Assembly: GCF_964355755.1 (NCBI RefSeq)
Contig: NC_092680.1
Span: forward strand, 2,852,001-2,916,000
Length of the DNA: 64,000 nucleotides
Reading direction: 5' to 3'
Origin: Antedon mediterranea
Taxonomy: Eukaryota > Animalia > Echinodermata
Under the pieces are notes generated by a model. It was not told where the DNA came from, did not search any database, and was given only the letters and a program-made list of their open reading frames with translations. The first letter of the stretch is position 1; each line of letters opens with the position of its first letter. A program made the translations under genes and the position numbers. This document shows, piece by piece, positions 1 to 38,153 of the stretch.

Positions 1-24749
<24,749 letters not shown>

Positions 24750-25164
24750 TTATATCCGATATGTTTCCAAACGTTCTACCATAGTTGTTGATAACGGTTT
24801 TGTCTAATAATAAATCGTTACGCTTTGCCCCTATTGCTTTGGTGAGAAATCGATCGTGTATGCTGGATTAGCAAAACGTAATGCCATTCTATAATACCCA
24901 TACCTGCAACTAGTCTGATGACGTCATGTTTGGCCTAATGGTATTTGTGATAACAACCCTAGTTGTTTGCTATTTTATTTATATCATTATTATTTATTTC
25001 ATAATGTATATTATTATTATTTCGTTTATATAAATATGATAATATAATAAATGTTATCATCATATCATTTATTTACAGCCAATGAATGAATTGTAACAAT
25101 AATGTAATAAGATATTTAATAATAATGCGTGTGGTTCAGTTCAGAGTATTACCAGGGAAGAGTC

Positions 25165-25289
25165 AACTTTATGTGACCTAAAAATGTGATGTGCCCATAT
25201 GGACATGATGATGTCAAATCACTACCATATTTAGGTATATCAACACCACACTTTTTTTGTCAAACTAGTTTGATAGTGTAGACAGAGCT
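25165..25289. mobile_element. MITE family A copy (partial)
   Basis: Core and right TIR. Confidence 0.65.
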
Positions 25290-27026
25290 TAAGAGATGAT
25301 AGAGGGGAGCTGGGATCCCGTCCGAGGGTAAGGACGACATCATGAATAATGCACGAGTTGTTAATTATTTCTACGATTTAAATCAGTATCAATTTAGAAA
25401 TCAATTCAATTTTTATTTATTCAATTTTAGCATAAAGAACCATTAAATTACAAAAACAAAAGTAAAACAGTATACAAAAGAATTACAAGAGAACCTAACC
25501 CTCTAAACTACTAAAAACAGACACGATTGTGGGCATCGAACCCGGGACTCCAACTCCTCAGCAGACTAAAGCCCAGACTCGTCCAAACATTTGCGCCCTA
25601 TAATGTCCTAATTCATGTCATAATTAATCTCATGAATTATAATGATTTCTGCCTCCCCATAGATGCTTCTGAGTGAACGATAAATATTTAGAGATCTGGA
25701 AATGGTTAAATTTAAAAAACGATGATAATAAATCGTTTCAGCTAAAGATTTCGCTAGCGATGTTGTATACCTGCATTATTATCATTCGTGATAAACCTGA
25801 AACTTTAATTTGAAACTTAATAATGATGGACAGAAATTAATACAACGATTTATAAAATTAACGTGTTTATGTGCGTACAAGTCACGTCACGTCAACATGG
25901 TTTCGTGCTGTCCATTTTAAATTTTAAATGTTTTTATATACGTGATAAACAAGACATTTTTCGAGCCAGATTGCTTGACGGAATAAAATAGTTAAAGAAT
26001 TGAATTGAAAATTATATTCACAATAGCGGGCGCGCGTATGTTTCGGGGGACAGTGTTGAAATTGAAACATCAACACAAAATATAACTCAACACGTCGTCT
26101 TACTGCACCTTAGTAGGGTCGTTTAGAAGATTAACGTTTAGATTTAATGAGGATTGTTAAGACAAAATTGTTATTAAAATTGAATACCATTGTTGTTATG
26201 TGGCCCACACAATGTAATGCATTAAATGGGTATTATGGTTAAAGCAGGTTGGATTCAAAACAATCCAGATAAAAAAGTAAACAAAGAAAAAAATGTTCAG
26301 AAACCGTACAACCAAGCAAACACTAGATTATAAATTTAAAAATGTAATGAATAATAATATGTTTTATAATAGATTACAAAAAAAAAATAATTGTATTAAA
26401 CTAGGCCTGCTGTGGAGTAGCTTTGCGTCAGGGAGTTGAGTAGGCCTAATTGGTCAGATGATTTTTTCGCAAGTATTCTCAAATTTATGAAGTACAAATT
26501 ACGTCAGAGTAGGGCAAAACATCTGACCAATAAAAAAAAAAATATAAAAATAACATACACAAAAAAACGAAAGGCAGAAAATAACGAAAGTGTAGAAAAT
26601 GTATAGATATTGTGTAATTATTATGATGAAATATTGTATGGATAAAAGTGATGTTAACCACACAAGATTTTTAAAAAAGTATTACAAAAGAAAACATATT
26701 TTTCCTGTAATTGTAAAAAATATTTTGACAGCAGGCTTACTGAATTGTGTCCCTGGCCGGTTATACTTTGATGGCATTGTTGACATAAAACAATCAAAAG
26801 TATTTATGTATTTTAACACAAAGTACGGTCCTTGGTCCGTACCTGTATTTATTATTACAATTACGTCAGCGCCCTCAATCTAAAATATTTATATATGGAA
26901 ATTTATACAATGTAATCACGTGACAATGCGATTTAATAAAAAGTGTGTCTGAACAACCAGTGAAGTACAAACAGATCATCAACAGAGCTTGTATGCAGAA
27001 GAGTCTAACCAAACACAAACACCAAA

Positions 27027-30000
27027 ATGCAGACCTTAGCTAGTATGGCAAAACAGGGACGGTCGTCGCTTGACAAGGTACGGTATGCTGGTATTTAGTA
27101 TTTCCTTAAATTACATCTGATGAAATCCATCATTAATATCCTTGATATCTATTTCTAGTTTATGATTTCTACTTATATAATTATTACTCAAGGCATGTAA
27201 ACATTATAGAATGAAAGGAAAATATATAAGTGATTAATAATAGTGAGATAAGATATTTGTTCAGCAGTCAAGTACAATTTAAGTAATAAAAAAAAGGAAT
27301 AATAATGCTTTTTTTTTAAATGTCATTGAATAAAAAATGAATACCCATTATATAGACAATATTCATTCATTTCCTTTATTTCGGATAGTACATCCATATA
27401 CAAATCATACAAAAACAAAAGCAATGATAACAAATTTTACCAGGAAATTAACAATATAAATAAAACAACCTACAATATCCTAACATATCAATGTGCACAA
27501 ACGCTGATGTAGGATGGATTGTTGAAGTACGTTAGCTACTAATCAGACTATTATTAATATTAACATGTGTATTTTCCAATGAACTGGTTTACAATACTGA
27601 CATATTTGTTTAATTGCCAAGGTTGGGCTGACAAAACCTATTGATGGTGGCATCATCTATAGTGATGTTCAGCTTGAAGGAATTTCAAAAACAAAGTAAG
27701 TATCATTCAGTAATGTAAAGCTCTGTCTACATATCAAACTAGTTTGACAAAAAAAGAGTAATGTGCACACATATGGTAGTGATATGACATCATCATGTCT
27801 ATATATGGGCACATCACAGTTTTTGTGACATAAAGTTTGTATGTTTGTAGGTATATTTATTATTAAGTAAAATCACAGAAAGCAAATACCAAAGGCTGAC
27901 ATACCTACAAAGTTTAAAGAGAGAAGCCTCACATTATTTTGCACTATAAGGCAGCTAAAAGCTGAAAGTGTTGTAATGTATACATTAAAAAAAAACCCAA
28001 ACAAAACATTCAATTAGTGAACATTATTATGTTATGTTACTCTAAAGCATCCCAATGTGTACGCGCGCGTTTTATACGTGTTTGCAATTGCTGTTACGTA
28101 CCCTATATTTTCCAAATAATTATTGTATAAGATAAGATATAACATATTTGTAGGTTTAGCAGTAAAGCACACCAATGTGTACGCACGCGTTTTATACGTG
28201 TTGGCAATTGCTGTTACGTATATTTTCCAAATAATTATTGTATATGTTTTTTTTGTAGCTTTGCGATTGATTTAATCAGCTCGAGTAGTAGTCGTAGAGG
28301 TGGAGGGGGTATGCCAGATATTGCACTCCGTATCACTGTTGATTTTGATAAAAGGAAAATTGAAAGAAAGGCAAGAATATTAGATAAGTGGTCTACCGCA
28401 GTTGTTAGCGCTCCTGGCTTTATGTTCCAGAGGAGTTTAGCGTTTAGAATTGACATAGCATGTGGACAGACAAAATATACGGTAGGTCTAAACAATTTGG
28501 TTTTCTTGATATAGTAGTAAGGTACTGTAATGATATTACGTGATGCTAAAACATGTTTACCTCTACGATAACAAGAGGATTACTGTGCATACTTCTGATC
28601 ATTGTAGAAGTAGTTTCATGGTAGGGCCTAGGGAAGAAGGGTTCATTTTTCGTTCTACTATTATAGTCTGGTAGGCCTACAATTATGAGGTTATGAATTT
28701 GCGCTTAAAAATAATAACACTGTTGAATTTACTATCATTTTAATAATAGAGTACTGTAATGATAACGTGATGCATAACACATGCTTTACTTCTACGGTAA
28801 ACAAATACGGGATTATTATTCGTAGTTGTATGGTGGAGGGATGTGTCAGGGTTCGTTTCAAGTTACTATTCATTATAGTCTGCTCTGTTAGGCCTACAAT
28901 TATGACGTTATGAATTTGCGCTTAAAAATATAACACTGTTGAATTTACTACCATTGATACTAAGCTTGGATGTACATACCCTGTTTTAAAATGATCACGT
29001 CAAGGACATCCATCAACAGTATTTTTCAATATCATAGTAATTGATGATTGGGATAGGCGTTGAACACGCATAAAACAATATGAGGGTATTTATTTGGAAA
29101 ACAAATTTCATTTACATCAACCTGTCTTTGTCGTGCAATTTGTTAGCAATCCGAAATTATTCCTACTGGTGCTTGGCAATATAATTTTAATTTAGGTAAA
29201 ATTGAATTTAATCTAGAGTGTATTCGTGTTAAATACTTCGAATAATATTATATTATTTGTGCTTTATTGATTTTCTGTAATGTTTGAAAATTAAGCACTA
29301 GCCTACAAAATGCCAACGATCTTTGGACGATTATTGGAGTAATTATTACAGTTAAAAGTTAGAATAAGTGGTAATGTAACCTCGTTTTATCTCGGTTTGT
29401 ACGATATTATATTTATACAAAACTCAGAAATTAGATAAAATACATTGAAATTCGATCAATAAAAAAATGACTCTCCTACACAAAATGTTATATAAAAACA
29501 CGTAGTCTACATGATCAACAATCTTTTATTATTGGATTAATTATTAAAGATAAAAATTGTGTTAATGTAACCTATTTTTATCCTGGTTAGTACGATCATA
29601 TTTATACTAACTCAGTTAGATAAAAAATAAACAAAAATTCGATCAATAGAAATTGCCTTTTTTTATTCCTACACGAAATGTTATATAAAAACCAAACTCT
29701 GATAAAAAACAAACCATTTTTTAGATGCTTATAAAGTATAACATACCGGTAATTACCCATACCATGATCTTTTGTAAACCTTAATAAATGTCTACACACG
29801 CGCCCATTGTACATCCGTAAAATTTAACTACTTGCAAGTTCATACAACTTTAATGTCGTTTTATTTAATCATCATGATGTGTGTAAAATAGGTACCGGTA
29901 TTTATCTATATCATCCATGAACATGTTATTGTTGCAGTGCGTCCAACCAGTCCTGTCGATAATAATAACTTGCAATGTGTGAGTGCTAAGGCCTACAAAT

Positions 30001-33000
30001 ATTAATGTCTCGAACCAGCCTTTTTGAAGGGAGAGGAGGTTGTAATCCTTGTCGAATATGGCCGGGGTAGGAAACCAATGGATTTTGAGTTTGATTTTGT
30101 TAGGGTACATTTTACAAATGGATATTTAGCATGTGAATCGTCATCAAGTGGACTTTTTGTTGGTGATGTCAATGGTGCCTTGTCGAATAATGACTAAAAA
30201 CTGGAGACATTTTCTCCATACTATCTCCATTCCCGTCTGGCAATATGTCCAAAGTATTGTAGTTTTTGTTTGATAATAGATTCGATTAATGTGCCTTTCT
30301 TGCCTATTTCGTGCCTTACACTTTCATTAGATCTTCTGGCAGTCCATGGAATACCTAGAAGCTTTCTATTTAAACAATAACAAATAATATGTTCCGTCAC
30401 CAGATAACTATCAATGGTCGTGACGAATTATACTTCAACCATGTTCTTCAAGATCTATCTCAAGTTGATACGATTAGTGTACTAGGGGAGGACGTCAGCA
30501 TAAAAAGTTATGAGACGAAAGATACTAGTCTACTTCTAGTAAGTAACCCGGATTGACTTACATCATTATTATCGTTTTCTCAGCATAGTAGTTACATAGG
30601 CCATGCTAACATATTAAGTAATATTGCTATCTGTTTAATACCAATGTTTATTCATATCAATTTAATTAAACATGGTATTTCAGTGTTTTTATTTACTGTG
30701 ATAAACTGTTATACAGTACCCGCACATTTTAATTGAACATGCCTCGTACGTCAAAAATTATGACATAAAAATGCTAACAAAACCAAACAGAAATATATTA
30801 TCTCTTCAGCTTATCAAGGCTTTTTTTATCAAATTATATTATGTTTAAGATTTTTCCATTTTATTCAATTATTAGGGAACAGTGTTTCCCGATCAGAATT
30901 TTGATAGAGTGGCCGATGCTAAGCGGATGAAGAAAGCAATAAAAGAAAAAGGTTACAGTTACATTTTTCTATTTTGTTGAACCGTAAATTCCCGCATTTT
31001 CCATTTTAAACTTAAATTAAACCAAAAGCAGGAGTGAAAGGAAAAAGGAGTAGTGTATATTAGATATTTAAAGTGCATTTTGTATTTGTAGATGTGGATT
31101 TGAAAGCAGTGACAGACATTTTGGTGAATAGGTCGAATGAACAACGTCAGATTCTTAAATGGCAGTTTAAAAATGACTACAAAAAGGTAGGATTATAAAA
31201 TGAATTTGCGGTTCCAAACGTTTACGGGTCTTTAAAAAACAGGGTATAAACAAAAACCAGGTGCCTCGTATTGTAAATGTTGTCGAAATTTTGGTAGCCT
31301 AGTGCAAGATTAAAGTTTCACCAACAGTGGCAGTTATACATTTTTACAGACAACGCATAATGTAAGCAAGTTATGGTAACTTATAAGATGCTTTTTTGAA
31401 ATACGTTATTGTCTTAAAGATAATTTGTCTTAATATTGTACAATTATTAGGATCTTGATGTGGAACTTGGAAAACGGTTGAGTGGAGACATGTCTGACGT
31501 AATCGTTGGTCTCCTCGATACACCGGAAGTGTATGATGCAAAGTGTCTGTACAAAGCGATGGAGGTAAAAGTAACATTTATTTTTAGCCAAAATCATCAA
31601 CAAAACATAATTTGAGACATGAAAGCATTCACATATATATTTTACACATAGAAACCATTGACAACTAAAGAAACTAAAGAAACAATAGAAAATATTTTAT
31701 TTATTTTATTCGATTGAATAAAATAAAAATATGGTAACCTAGCAACATTTCGTACGGTATTATTACCGACAATAACCAACACCTCTGAAGTTTTCTTGTA
31801 TGGGTTAGATATGTCAACATACGGGAATCGGCTGGGGGAAATATAGTTTGAAAAGTATGCCGAGGAGAAAAATATCAGCCTAACACCGCTAACATAAGAA
31901 AATCTATTCTGAGCCAGGAACACATATTGATTCTAGTAATTTCAATGATTTTGAAAGAATAATACTAATTATTATTTGTAGATAAACACTATAAACTGTT
32001 GTTTGCTTTCTGTTTTTTCACGGCCTGCTTGACATATGTTTCAAGCTATTATGGCAAAACTACTAACTACTGTAATACTATTTCAATGTTGTGCTGAGAA
32101 GCATCACAAGATTACGATTCTGAACCTTATAATTAAATTAAATAAACATTTATTTTCGTAAAAAATTTCAAATATATAAAGTAAAAGTGGAATTTAAGTG
32201 TTTATTTTGTTACATATCTTACTGTGTTTCATTTCGCATAGATTTCATTATACAACGTTGTTTTTTTAATGGTTGTTGTACCCTATATCATGCATGTTCA
32301 GGCCTACACTATTTCACTTTAACATGTCATCTGATAAAAAACAAACCCATGATAAGTAATTTTGATTTATCCAAAATGTTATGGTAATTCATCATGAAAT
32401 GATGATCGATCAAACGTCAGCCCATAACAATAGATTAATTTAAAAGTTAAATTATGAATTGATTTGTTTCCCAGGGTCTCTTAACAGACGACAAGGCGCT
32501 GATTGGTATTTTGTTGTCACGTGACAACCAGGTAAGTGAACTAATACCAGCATATGTTATGTTAATAACATGCATTCATATTGTCTTTTTGCATTGATTG
32601 TCACAAACAATTGAACAGATATACAGAAATGTATTTAAATTTAAATAAATATTTAGCAATGGTTTAAGTCCTAATGTAGCTTGTTATTTGTAGTACGAAC
32701 TTTTTATAAAATACTTTATCTTTCAGCGATTGAACGACATTAAAATGGCATATGAGGAACGTAAGTTTCGTGTCATCATTATTATACTATTCATTGAATA
32801 TTGATATAACTGCTGGGTTTATTGCCTTGAAATAATTTCAAACTGAAATCGAAGCAACTGAGTATAGGCCTACATAATTACATTAAGTTCAATCGATACA
32901 CTGCAAAACAAAATTGTCAACAGAATATTGACGGCGGCTCGGTTGTCCTCTAGTCAATAGTCTGGGTTCCAGACGGAGTATTGTCTTAATATTATTAGTA

Positions 33001-36000
33001 ATCAGATTACTATTTTTGCACATATGGCGTTTCAAACGTATACTACTTGAGCTTGGATATTTTCAGACAAAAATAGAAATTAAAAAATAAATAAAAAAGA
33101 CAATGAATACAGGCTAAACTGTGCATTAAGACGATTATCGTATAAAGCGTAATAAAAAAAAAAAAAAAATCTATTCCGTTACATTTTATTCCAGTTTACA
33201 AGCGCAAGTTGTTAGATGACTTAAACTCGGAGACAAGAGGCCATTTTAAGCACCTGCTAGTTTCATTCGCAAAGGTAAAGCCAATTTATGTAGGCCTACT
33301 AATATTTCATCGGACTTAGGATATTTTACTGAATTTTACGTATGGGGCTTCGTAAAAACGAAAGCTTCATAAGCGTGGTTCCCACTAAGGATAAGCGACC
33401 GTATATTTATCCATGTATTATGATTGGTTAAATTGCTAGCGTTGCGCTTACGCCATTGTGTGCTAGAGTGGGAACCAAGCTTTAATTCAAATCTATATAC
33501 ACTTAACATGCGCAAAATGGCTATCGTAACAGAATGATTATTTTCATAGATAAGTACATTACATTATGCATCAAATGAGACGACAGACAGATGTTGCAAA
33601 TATTACTGTATAAATATTTTAGATATTTAATTATTAGGCCTATCATTAATAATCGATTTGTTTTAATAATCTGATGTTGCCATCTGTTTACAGTAGGCCT
33701 ACTTGTATGAGTATTAAAGATAAGACAATACATTTGTATAACTATAGGCTGAACGAGATGAGAGCAATAAAGTGGATTTTGTGAGGGCTCGACGCGACGC
33801 AAAAGCAATATTTGAGGTAAATATTAATTTGGATGAAGCTTGGTTTCTGATTGGTTCCTGCTTAACAACGTAAGCGCAACGTAAGTAAGTGAGTTGGCCA
33901 ATCACAATCGACCGTTCGGAGTTCCATTGCGTCGTGATTGATCAAACTCCAAACTGATCATGTTGCGTTGTCCAAGTGAGAACCAGGGATTCATTCATTT
34001 TTTTTGTTAGTTTTAAGGAGAAATAAGCGTGTCTTTCATTTGGGTTGTCGGGTACCATCAACAAGATTCTGATATTTATTGATGTTGCATAAACAATCAA
34101 TCAATGATAATACATAATATATGAGCCTATATTATAATTTACAGGGTTTATTTATTCAAATACATGTAGTGAATTCCATCCGCAAAGGAATCCGAATCAA
34201 TCAAATACATACTGTAGGCCTTAGTACACATTATCCGATTCAATCAAATACATACTGTAGGCCGTAGTACATTCAATCCGATTCAATCAAATACATACTG
34301 TAGGCCTTAGTACACATTATCCGATTCAATCAAATACATACTGTAGGCCTTAGTACATTCAACCCGATTGAATCAAATACATACTGTCGGCCTATAAACG
34401 TTCTTTGTAATTTTTTATATTTGTTCATATTATTTTTGTACTGTAGGCTGGGGAAGGTCAGTGGGGGATTGACAAATCAGAGATCAATGATGTTCTTATT
34501 AGTCAGAGTGACGCACAGTTGAGGGCCACATTTAAAGCATATGACGAGGTATGGTATAGTTAATATTTCAATTTTGCTCAATAACTTCCAGTAAAGCATA
34601 CCAAGGATCCTGAGTATGCATATTGATAATACATTAGAGATGCAATGCAAGGACGTAGACGCAACACAATGACGTAGATGAAATTCAAAGACATAGACGC
34701 AAGGCAATGACGTAGACGAAATTCAAAGACATAGACGCAAAGGCAATGACGTAGACGAAATTCAAGGACACAGACGCAAGGCAATGACGTAGACGAAATT
34801 CGAGGACACAAACGCAACGCAAATGACGTAGACGAAATTCAAGGACACAAACGCAACGCAAATGACGTAGACGAAATTCAAGGACATAGACGCAACGCAA
34901 ATGACGTAGACGAAATTCAAGGACATAGACGCAAGGCAATGACGTAGACGAAATTCAAGGACATAGACGCAACGCAATGACGTAGACGAAATTCAAAGAC
35001 ATAGACGCAACGCAATGACGTAGACGAAATTCAAGGACATAGACGCAACGCAATGACGTAGACGAAATTCAAAGACATAGACGCAAGGCAATGACGTAGA
35101 CGAAATTCACGGACATAGACGCAACGCAATGACGTAGACGAAATTCAAAGACATAGACGCAAGGCAATGACGTAGACGAAATTCGAGGACATAGACGCAA
35201 CGCAATGACGTAGACAAAATTCAAAGACATAGACGCAAGGCAATGACGTAGACGAAATTCACGGACATAGACGCAACGCAATGACGTAGAAAGACGAAAT
35301 TCAAGGACATAGACGTAGCCGAAATGACGTAGACGAAATTTAAGGACACAAACGCAACGCAATGACGTAGACTCTACACAAGGACGTATAAATGCAACAC
35401 ACGGACGTAGAAGCAGCACAAGGAAGTGGTGTCATAGAGTCCCGAACTTTACTATTGACAGTGTCTGATTGTAAATCATATATTTCTTTTCTTCCGGTAA
35501 ATCCAGATTTCGCAACTTGGAATCGAAGGAGCTATTGAAGAACAGGCTAGTGGAGATCTCCAAGAAGGATATCTTGCAGTTAGTAAGTATACGTACTGTA
35601 TATGCCTACTTAAGCTTTCCTACTTGGACGCAACAAGTAATTTGACCAATCACGATGCAATGGATCATACGCATTTTCACTTGATTGGTCAATTCATCCG
35701 TTTTGCGCATACGACTTTGCAAACAAGCATAACACGTAATATTACGCACTCACTCTTTCTTGAGTAAGAAACACGAAAAGTTTGTTGGACAGTGCAATCT
35801 AAAACAGTGATAGGTAAAGAGAGATTTCTTGTATTTTTTATTTCAGTAAAAACAGCATGTAACCCGGCAAAATTCTTTGCTGAGAGAATCTACCAATCAA
35901 TGCAAGGACTGCTGCAGGATGATGATCAACTAATGCGAGTGGTAATCTCACGATCTGAGGTAACAAATGAAATAACTCATCGAAAATCGAAATCGTTTAT

Positions 36001-37270
36001 TAATCCTAATTATTTAGATAAAGAGATTAGTTTAGTTAATGAGGATAATATATTATTTTATGATACGTTATCTAGATTTTGACTCATAAGTCTCGAGTTA
36101 GTCTGTTTACGTTGTTGGTATTCTTGTTAAAAATGTTTTTTTTTTCCAATTTCGTGGTTCGGCTTGAGAATCTGTTTATTAGCGTCAACCTCACACAGAT
36201 GTGGGCGAGTGAGGCTAAGATATTTGCATTATAAATGGAGGCAGAAAGGATAGGATACACCGTATTGGTTACCAGAACTAATTGTATCTTCCGTACCGTA
36301 TATATTTGGGGCGATTTTTTATCACAGATTTCCTCATGTTATCATTTCAAATTAATTAATTAAATTGCATTATATCACCATGGGGCTTAGAATTTATTCT
36401 GATGTTTATATACATAATATGTAAAATAACACGATACAAGATGAACTAAGATGACTTTATATGTATTCACATACACATATACATATAAAACCCACTAAAA
36501 GTACAATAAAACATATATTTATAGACACTCATCACCACTTGTAATGAACACTTGACCCAACATTATGGTAAACTACAATCCCATCATTATAGAATATTAT
36601 TCATATCAATATTAATCAATGTAAAAAAAAATATACTTGAATTGATTTATAACTAACATGAAAGTGAAACAATATTAAGTTATCGAACTAAAGAGATACA
36701 ATATAACATATTCAAAATAGCTTAACGGAATAAGATCATTCAATACAAGATTATCCGTAGACTTGGACTACTATGTAAACGCAACAATTACATCAATGTA
36801 GAAAGGTAGAATCGTTTAAAGCATTACAATTAAACATCTACTTACAACCTTAGCAACCATGTCAATCGGAATATACTGTATACCAAAGATTTTTACACAT
36901 TCCTTTCGTGAAAATAACAATATCACACAGCAACCATTGTAAGGGGAGAGACTCATTGTATGCAAGATTGATAACATTCCAACGCACGGTCCAATCGATT
37001 TAAATATAGCGCCAAAGCTGAAAAAACTTTCGCTTCCCTACACTAACTCGAGTTACCAGCTTAAGGTATAACACGCCATATGTGTACCAATGATTTTCCT
37101 TGTAATGTGTAATAATCATTTTTTTTTAATTCTCCATGTTTCAGGTTGATCTTCTAAGAATGAAGACAGAATTTTACAACATGTATTCTAAGAAGATGCA
37201 TGACTACATCAAAGAGGAATGCAAAGATGATTATGTTGAAGTGCTTCTTGGGATTGTGAAAACCATATAG
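27027..37270 (+). CDS. Galectin-like domain-annexin fusion protein (~474 aa, 15 exons, no signal peptide)
   Basis: Exons 27027-27077, 27622-27695, 28259-28481, 30404-30538 (galectin-like: NFAIDL..PDIALRITVDFDKRKIERKARILDKWSTAVVSAPGFMFQRSLAFRIDIACGQTKYT|ITINGRDELYFNHVLQDLSQVDTISVLGEDVSI). Annexin core exons follow: 30876-30951, 31092-31186, 31451-31564, 32475-32531, 32727-32760, 33195-33274, 33748-33816, 34447-34548, 35507-35582, 35847-35959, 37145-37270. All junctions are GT-AG and phase-compatible; 1425 nt total; AATAAA near 37373. The annexin part is near-certain; the first two exons are less so. Confidence 0.85.
27719..27839. mobile_element. MITE family A copy, inverted, partial
   Basis: Reverse-complement core with one TIR. 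Confidence 0.65.
34190..34394. repeat. ~43-bp tandem repeat (CCGATTCAATCAAATACATACTGTAGGCCTTAGTACA..)
   Basis: About 4.5 copies in a galectin-annexin intron. Confidence 0.85.
34650..35410. repeat. 38-bp minisatellite (GACGTAGACGAAATTCAAGGACATAGACGCAACGCAAT), ~19 copies
   Basis: Tandem array; source of the spurious minus-strand ORFs at 34477-35419. Confidence 0.92.
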
Positions 37271-38153
37271 AATAACAAGTAGAAACCCTGGCCTATAGTT
37301 TTAGTGCATTGTGCTTATAGGACTATACTTTTAGGGCATTAAACGTAGAGGAGAAAATAATACAAATTTAATAATAAAAATGTATTATTGTAATCACCTT
37401 CTATTCTTTGTTGGTTTAAATATTGTTATACACTATTTTAATTTTATAATTAATTCATTTCTTTTACCAGTTTGATAAATTATTTAATATATTCCATGTT
37501 TTTGGTGTATTTTATATTTGTTACATTTTTTGTTTGTTGTTATATAGCCTACTATTAGTAGTTAATAGATAACATTTTTATTTGGAACAACTATTTTTTT
37601 GTTAGAAACGGGTAACTAGATTAGTCAAATGATTAACCACGTATGATAATTAACTGAAGTCTATATAATGCAGTTTAAATGCTTCAAATAAGAGACTTTT
37701 TAAAAACTTACATATAAATTTTCAAAAATATGTTCATGATATACAATAAATATGGTAATACCACAGTGTGGCGGGTTATGACTAACAATACCATCTTCCC
37801 CACTACACCTGCACAAACTAATTTGCATAATAACACACGGCATACCAAACTGTTTTAAATAGAGCTGCGGAAATGACACCTATATTTTGAAACAAAATAT
37901 ATAAAGTTTCTTCAGTGTACCTCTGAACTGAAATAATATAATATTTATTTCTCTGAGTTCCACAAACATGCTTATACATTTAGTGAATCTGTTTATTTAC
38001 AACATTTAAACAAATATTAGTACAATGTTTCTCCTCCCTGATACCATCAAGCAACTAAAGTAATACAATGTATTTAAGAAAGTTTAAAAACAACAACTAT
38101 GTTTGTACAAAGAACACAATGCGTGTTGGTATTTGGTGTGTACCGCAGTTTTG

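Noticed and set aside
28040-29690. Several local 70-130-bp duplications in galectin-annexin introns
   Set aside because: They look like ordinary intronic tandem duplications with no coding or structural signal.
34650-35410. CRISPR-like array
   Set aside because: Contiguous 38-bp units without unique spacers, inside a eukaryotic intron, with no cas genes.
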